This document shows, piece after piece, positions 7,540 through 12,162 of a stretch of DNA of 12,162 nt. The DNA lies in NCBI GenBank assembly GCA_048938005.1, contig JBHLMQ010000065.1, forward strand, positions 2,934 through 15,095, read 5' to 3'. The stretch's first letter is position 1; each line of letters starts with the position of its first letter. The DNA comes from Promethearchaeota archaeon (lineage in GTDB: Archaea > Asgardarchaeota > Lokiarchaeia > Sigyniarchaeales > SOKP01). The position numbers and the translations under genes were made by a program. The notes under the pieces are model-generated. The model did not search any database and had not been told where the DNA came from. It saw nothing but the letters and a program-made list of their open reading frames with translations.

Positions 7540-8799
7540 TTATTTTTCAAATATAGTTACGACGCATGTAGCTCCTGATCCACCTAAATTATGCACTAAC
7601 ATACGCTCTACATCAAATTTTACTTGCCTATTTCTTTCTGCAATACCCCTCATTTGTTTAAAGACTTCCACACAAAACGCAGCTCCAGTAGCACCTACAG
7701 GATGTCCTTTACTTTTTAATCCTCCACTGGTATTAATTGGCAATGGCCCATCCCGCTTTGTCTCCCCATTTTTAATCGCTTCAACAGCCTTACCTTTTTC
7801 ATAGAAACCCAAATCTTCAAGTGCTACAATCTCAGCAATAGTGAAACAATCATGGACTTCTGCTATCTGAATATCTTTTGGTTTTAAACCTGACATTTCA
7901 TAAGCTTGCCGTGCTGCTTCTTTTGAAGCAATAAAACTAGTTAAATCATCTCGATCATGCAAGGATAACGCTGCACTACCTTGACCAGTACCAGAAATCC
8001 AAATTGGAGTATCAGTAAAATTTTTTGCTACATTTTCAGCTGCCAAAAAAACACAAGCAGCTCCATCAGTAATCAAACTACAGTCAAATAAGCGTAAAGG
8101 GTAAGCTATTATTGGATTTGATCTACTTTTAAGAAAATCAAATTCATCGTTCCAATCTGGAATTTCTCCTCCTGATTTCTCGATTTTTGCTATTTTATTT
8201 TTCATCATATCGGCAATTGACTGTTGCATTTGCGCGTAAGGATTTTCCGCCCCATTCGCGTGATTCTTGATTCCAACTCTCATTAAATCTTCAACTGTAG
8301 TTCCATACTTATGAAAGTGTGCTGATGCTAAAGTTGCATACAACCCTGGAAATGTTGCTCCAGCAGGGTACTCGAATAAACTGTCTGATGCTGTGGCTAA
8401 CACATCAGTTACATTCACAGTTGGTTGTTCTGTCATACATTCAACGCCAGACACAGCAATAACATCATGAACTCCTGATGCAATCGCTAAAATTGCCTGA
8501 CGAAGCGCAATGCCACTACTCGCACATGCACCTTCAAAACGACCTGCTGGTTTTGGAGTTAAACCTACTAAGTCTGCCATTTGTGGTCCGAGATGTCCTT
8601 GATGATTAAATAAATCTGAAGAATAATTACCAACATAGCAAGCATCGATATCTTTTGGTTCTATTCCATTATCAACTCTACTTACTGCATCGAGCCATGC
8701 ATCAATCCATAAGTCTGGATTTCTCTTAAGAGGAAAATGTGCTCCAAATTTACTCATACCCGCTCCAACCATGGCTACTTTTCTTGCTAATTTTCCCAT
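7540..8799 (-). CDS. Thiolase (acetyl-CoA C-acyltransferase), SCP2-like/archaeal type
   Basis: GAGMSKFG, EGACASSG (catalytic Cys), EVHDCF, INTSGGLKSKGHPVGATG and HNLGG motifs; adjacent to DUF35. Confidence 0.95.
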   Translation of the reverse strand: MGKLARKVAMVGAGMSKFGAHFPLKRNPDLWIDAWLDAVSRVDNGIEPKDIDACYVGNYSSDLFNHQGHLGPQMADLVGLTPKPAGRFEGACASSGIALRQAILAIASGVHDVIAVSGVECMTEQPTVNVTDVLATASDSLFEYPAGATFPGLYATLASAHFHKYGTTVEDLMRVGIKNHANGAENPYAQMQQSIADMMKNKIAKIEKSGGEIPDWNDEFDFLKSRSNPIIAYPLRLFDCSLITDGAACVFLAAENVAKNFTDTPIWISGTGQGSAALSLHDRDDLTSFIASKEAARQAYEMSGLKPKDIQIAEVHDCFTIAEIVALEDLGFYEKGKAVEAIKNGETKRDGPLPINTSGGLKSKGHPVGATGAAFCVEVFKQMRGIAERNRQVKFDVERMLVHNLGGSGATCVVTIFEK

Positions 8800-9001
8800 A
8801 TTTGCACCTTAAATTCTTAATCTGTTATTTATTAATTATAAAATCAAAGAATTGAATAATCGAAAAATTATATTTGTTATTATTTTAGTAATAAGTTAAT
8901 TATCTGATTTAGAAAATAAAAAAAAATTAAGATTCATTAAAGATTTCAATTTTTTGATTTGAAAGAAAAATTAAGAAAAGAATAACAAACTTCAAATCTA
9001 T

Positions 9002-10195
9002 TTAGTTCTTGGTTTTACTTTTCATTATAGGATTTCCTACCAAATCTAACTCACACGAAATCCTTTTTCTTATCCCGTGCACCCTTGCATATTTACTAAC
9101 CTTTACTTGAGGCATGCATGTTTTTAGAATTTCTTCACTAAGTGAAGCGATTTTATTATTAGATAATCCAATAGGAGACCATGTTCTAAGATTACAAATT
9201 GTGTCAGGCAACGTTGTAAGCTCGTTATTTTCTAAATGGAGTAATCCAAGATTTTTAAGATTCCCAATTGAATTAGGAATGGATCTAAGTTTATTATCAT
9301 GGAGAATAAGCTCTTCAAGATATTCTAATTGACCAATAGATTCGGGAAGTTCGGTTAGATTATTGTTTCTTAAATCGAGATGCTGTAAATATTTTAATTG
9401 ATTAATAGATTTTGGTAATCTAGTTAAACCTTTATTAACTATAATGAGTCCGATTATATGATTGCCAAAAATTACATAACTAAATTTGCCTAATTCTCTT
9501 GGTTTAGGTAAATTTTGCCCAAGAGTATAGTTCCATCTAGGAATTTCTCCTAATTCTTTTTCTAATTCTAATATTATCTCTGATTCTTCTTTTATTAAAG
9601 GTTGTCCATGATAGTTAATAAAAGTATAATCTTCAGATTCCTGCCTTTTAAAATGGGATTCTATTAGGTTAATTTCTTTTAGAAATTCTGATTTACGGTC
9701 TTTTTGATGCTTTTCACTTTCTTTTGGAATTGAATCATCATCCCCGAAGTATGTTTTGAAAAACTCTCGAGATTGTTCAGGTGTAAAAGCTCCCTTAAGC
9801 TCTTTCATAATTTCTCTTCTAAGTTTAGGTTGTTTTCTACTCGTTGATGAAGGTTCAGGTTGATACGCTTCCATTCGCGTTCGGAAGTAAAATCTAATAA
9901 TATCAACAATCGCATCAGAATAGTCTGTCCAAATTCCTGATATTATATCTTCATTCAAGCACTCAAGCCAAAAGTTTGGTATTGAGAGAACAATTTTAGT
10001 TCTATTTGTTGATGTGCTTCTTGTAGTGGTAATTGTTACAGGTCTTCCATTCTTATCCCACTGTTTTGCTGCTGAAATTGTACCATAGGAACATTTTTCA
10101 GTTATTACAATCGAAGATTGTTTTTCACCTTTCGCAAGGCGTTCAAGGATACTTTCATATTTTTCTTGATTAATTTTTCTGGTCAAATTGATCAC
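9002..10195 (-). CDS. Multidomain protein: putative N-terminal HTH + ribbon-helix-helix-like domain + C-terminal leucine-rich repeats
   Basis: The LRR part is clear: 4-5 units of 23 aa (LxxLxLxxNxLxxLPxSIGxL), aa ~247-357. HTH-like aa 7-47 (ILERLAKGEKQSSIVITEKCSYGTISAAK) and RHH-like aa 66-105 (KIVLSIP..WLECLNEDIISGIWTDYSDAIVDIIR) are recognised by pattern only. GTG start. Confidence 0.8.
   Translation of the reverse strand: MINLTRKINQEKYESILERLAKGEKQSSIVITEKCSYGTISAAKQWDKNGRPVTITTTRSTSTNRTKIVLSIPNFWLECLNEDIISGIWTDYSDAIVDIIRFYFRTRMEAYQPEPSSTSRKQPKLRREIMKELKGAFTPEQSREFFKTYFGDDDSIPKESEKHQKDRKSEFLKEINLIESHFKRQESEDYTFINYHGQPLIKEESEIILELEKELGEIPRWNYTLGQNLPKPRELGKFSYVIFGNHIIGLIIVNKGLTRLPKSINQLKYLQHLDLRNNNLTELPESIGQLEYLEELILHDNKLRSIPNSIGNLKNLGLLHLENNELTTLPDTICNLRTWSPIGLSNNKIASLSEEILKTCMPQVKVSKYARVHGIRKRISCELDLVGNPIMKSKTKN
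9125..9457 (-). repeat. Leucine-rich repeat coding array (69-bp period)
   Basis: LTRLPKSINQLKYLQHLDLRNNN / LTELPESIGQLEYLEELILHDNK / LRSIPNSIGNLKNLGLLHLENNE / LTTLPDTICNLRTWSPIGLSNNK. Confidence 0.93.
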
Positions 10196-10198
10196 TGT

Positions 10199-10337
10199 TA
10201 CTACTATAAAAATCTTATATATTTAAATCTTTGTAGTAGCATTTTTCATTAAAGTAGTACAATAGTAGTTTATTAAACGAAAAGAAGTAATTTTATCTAA
10301 AAATTGTAACTATTGTTAATAGTAGTGTAATAGTAGA
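10199..10337. promoter_or_regulatory. TAGTAG repeat array / putative operator overlapping the promoter of the HTH-RHH-LRR gene
   Basis: CTACTA 10201; TAGTAG 10234, 10263, 10320 and 10331; AAGTAG 10252. TATA-like TTTAAATATATAA (minus strand, 10215-10227) lies between the inverted pair. Confidence 0.7.
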
Positions 10338-10418
10338 AACATTAAATATAATTTTTTAATAATAAAGAAATCACATTTAAAAGTTTAAATTTTTGAAGAT
10401 GCATAGAAAAAGAAAATT

Positions 10419-10961
10419 TTAATACTCTATTCCATATCGTGCTGTGATTCCTTGCGAGGAATAATAATGTTTTATCATTCTCATTTCAGTTATCAGGTCA
10501 GCCATCTCTTTTATTTTAGGATGCATTTTGGGTCCACCCGTAAGAATTAATTCAACTTTATTTGGTTTATTTTTTATAAGTTCTAAAACTGGTTCAACAG
10601 GTATGACATTCATCGAAATGGCAACACCCACTTCATCAAGAATGATAATATCATATTCATCACTCATTATTATATCTTTAGCAAAAGCTAGTGCTTTTTT
10701 CCCTTCATTTATATCAAACTCATTAGGCTCAGCTATAAGTTCAGGGCTACCAAATTGTTTTAATTCAAAATTGGGAATATTTTTAATAGCTTCTATTTCT
10801 CCGTATTTGTAATTACCTTTCATAAATTGGATCATGTAAACTTTAAAACCATGCCCCGTCGCACGTATCCCTTGCCCTATTGCGGCTGTAGTTTTCCCTT
10901 TACCACGCCCAAAGTAAACTTGAATTAAGCCTTCTTTTAATCTTTTTCTAGGTGAACTCAT
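10419..10961 (-). CDS. cobO: ATP:corrinoid adenosyltransferase (CobO/BtuR/CobA type)
   Basis: GLIQVYFGRGKGKTTAAIG, IQFMKG, YDIIILDE, ELILTG, ADLITEM..IKH and GIEY motifs. Confidence 0.93.
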   Translation of the reverse strand: MSSPRKRLKEGLIQVYFGRGKGKTTAAIGQGIRATGHGFKVYMIQFMKGNYKYGEIEAIKNIPNFELKQFGSPELIAEPNEFDINEGKKALAFAKDIIMSDEYDIIILDEVGVAISMNVIPVEPVLELIKNKPNKVELILTGGPKMHPKIKEMADLITEMRMIKHYYSSQGITARYGIEY

Positions 10962-11042
10962 ATTTAGATAACCTGTTAATTTATTATAATTTGAAATACT
11001 CTATTATTTAATTATTTTTTATTACTATGAAGATGTGATTTA

Positions 11043-11810
11043 ATGGGGAATTATGAGAAATTAGATAATCAATTGAATAAATATTTGAGATTAGCTACTT
11101 TCCCAGTTGCTGTAAAATTACTTCAGGATCCAAAAGAAGTAGAAAACATAAAATTTCTAAAAAAGCCTGAGAATAAACTAGTGATCTGCCAAATTTTTAG
11201 TTACTCACGGTATTATGGGTGGACAATGCTTTGTACTAAAGAAGATAATTTGTGTCCACTTGCTGGAATCTCTTTAGGATTTGAAGAATCTCATGGACTA
11301 TTTGAAGAAGGTGCTTTTTTCATAGGTAGATATAATGAAACTAAGGAAGCCGCAAAAAAGACAACAGCTACTATACCTAAAATTCCATTTGGAAGATATA
11401 ATGCTATTTTATCGGGAGCATTGCGTCGAGTTGATTTTAAACCTGATTTAATTCTAATATGGGGTAATTCTGCTCAAATGATGAGAATAATTCAAGGTTA
11501 TTTATGGAAAAAAGGAGGAAGGATTTCAATGTCTACTTTTTGTGATGGTGTATGCGCAGATACAATATCAAACGCTATGCTCACAGGTGATTTGCAAATT
11601 GCTTTCCCATGTTTAGGTGATCGTCGTTATGGAAATGCGACAGATAGTGATTTAATAGCATCAATACCATTTGGAATTATTGAGGAAATTATAGAAGGCA
11701 TGGAAGAAACGCATAAAGCTGGTACTCGATATCCAATTCCCTATCAAATATCAGAACCAGAATTTTTTATTAATTTGAAAAAACAATTAGAGAAAGTCAA
11801 AAAAGACTAA
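11043..11810 (+). CDS. DUF169 family protein
   Basis: PVAVKL, ICQ, LCP..LG, PDLILIWGNSAQMMR, VCAD and FPCLGDRR motifs; typical length. Confidence 0.85.
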   Translation: MGNYEKLDNQLNKYLRLATFPVAVKLLQDPKEVENIKFLKKPENKLVICQIFSYSRYYGWTMLCTKEDNLCPLAGISLGFEESHGLFEEGAFFIGRYNETKEAAKKTTATIPKIPFGRYNAILSGALRRVDFKPDLILIWGNSAQMMRIIQGYLWKKGGRISMSTFCDGVCADTISNAMLTGDLQIAFPCLGDRRYGNATDSDLIASIPFGIIEEIIEGMEETHKAGTRYPIPYQISEPEFFINLKKQLEKVKKD

Positions 11811-11947
11811 CTTTTATATTAATTTCTTAAGGAAAATAAGGTTGAGTATAAGGTTTTTAATATAGCATATATTGATTCTAAATATTATTTCAAATTCACA
11901 AATTATGGGATAAAATGAGGGGATTTTGAATTAGATCAAGTAAATTA

Positions 11948-12162
11948 ATGTCTTTAGAAGAAGCTATTACCACACACGTTCAAGATGGAGATCTTATTGG
12001 ATTAGGAGGTCTTTCCTTTTGGAGAAAACCAATTAGCGCTTGTAGAGAAATAATTAGACAAAAGAAAAAGAACTTATCAGTATGCACTTTTGTTGGAGGA
12101 ATTGAAGTTGATATGTTAATAGCAGGGGGATGTGTTTCAGAAGTAAAATCTTGTTTTGTTGG
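11948..12162 (+). CDS. CoA-transferase subunit A (family I, glutaconate CoA-transferase GctA-like), 3'-truncated
   Basis: Hand translation: MSLEEAITTHVQDGDLIGLGGLSFWRKPISACREIIRQKKKNLSVCTFVGGIEVDMLIAGGCVSEVKSCFV. Not in the ORF track because it runs off the window. The start may be ATT 11930. Confidence 0.88.
   Translation, partial: MSLEEAITTHVQDGDLIGLGGLSFWRKPISACREIIRQKKKNLSVCTFVGGIEVDMLIAGGCVSEVKSCFV

Noticed and set aside
7527-7550. ORF-track N-terminal extension of DUF35 (MKNKGEKK)
   Set aside because: Overlaps the thiolase end and contains the GGTGA SD for ATG 7526.
9114-9332. 72-aa plus-strand ORF
   Set aside because: Antisense to the LRR array.
10199-10337. TAGTAG cluster as a mini-CRISPR or as tandem stop codons
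   Set aside because: Units are only 6-16 bp with irregular spacing, and no plus-strand gene ends here.
8800-10418. LRR gene region as a transposon
   Set aside because: No transposase or integrase motif, terminal inverted repeats or target-site duplication were found by eye.
10528-10812. 94-aa plus-strand ORF
   Set aside because: Antisense to cobO.

Overview
Very AT-rich archaeal DNA, most likely Asgard (Lokiarchaeia-like). This is inferred from Alba, Sec11, Rad50, a histone, a thiolase/DUF35 pair, GGTGA/GAGG Shine-Dalgarno-like motifs and a eukaryote-type LRR protein. Gene order: 3' end of a Rad50/SbcC ATPase (+); a minus-strand run of signal peptidase I, two paralogous 2-TM microproteins, Alba and a short non-nucleosomal-type histone; on + a Zn-ribbon hypothetical protein, a DAG-kinase-family lipid kinase and a SAM methyltransferase; on - a membrane-anchored M28 glutaminyl-cyclase-like enzyme, DUF35 plus SCP2-type thiolase, an HTH+RHH+LRR fusion protein and CobO/BtuR; on + DUF169 and the start of a CoA-transferase subunit A that the ORF track missed. 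The best candidate for an undescribed system is the HTH-RHH-LRR protein, whose promoter carries a phased TAGTAG repeat array with an inverted pair bracketing the TATA box, suggesting an autoregulated one-component regulator with an LRR sensor. No RNA genes, CRISPR arrays or transposases were recognised. All calls come from motif recognition by eye; no searches were run.
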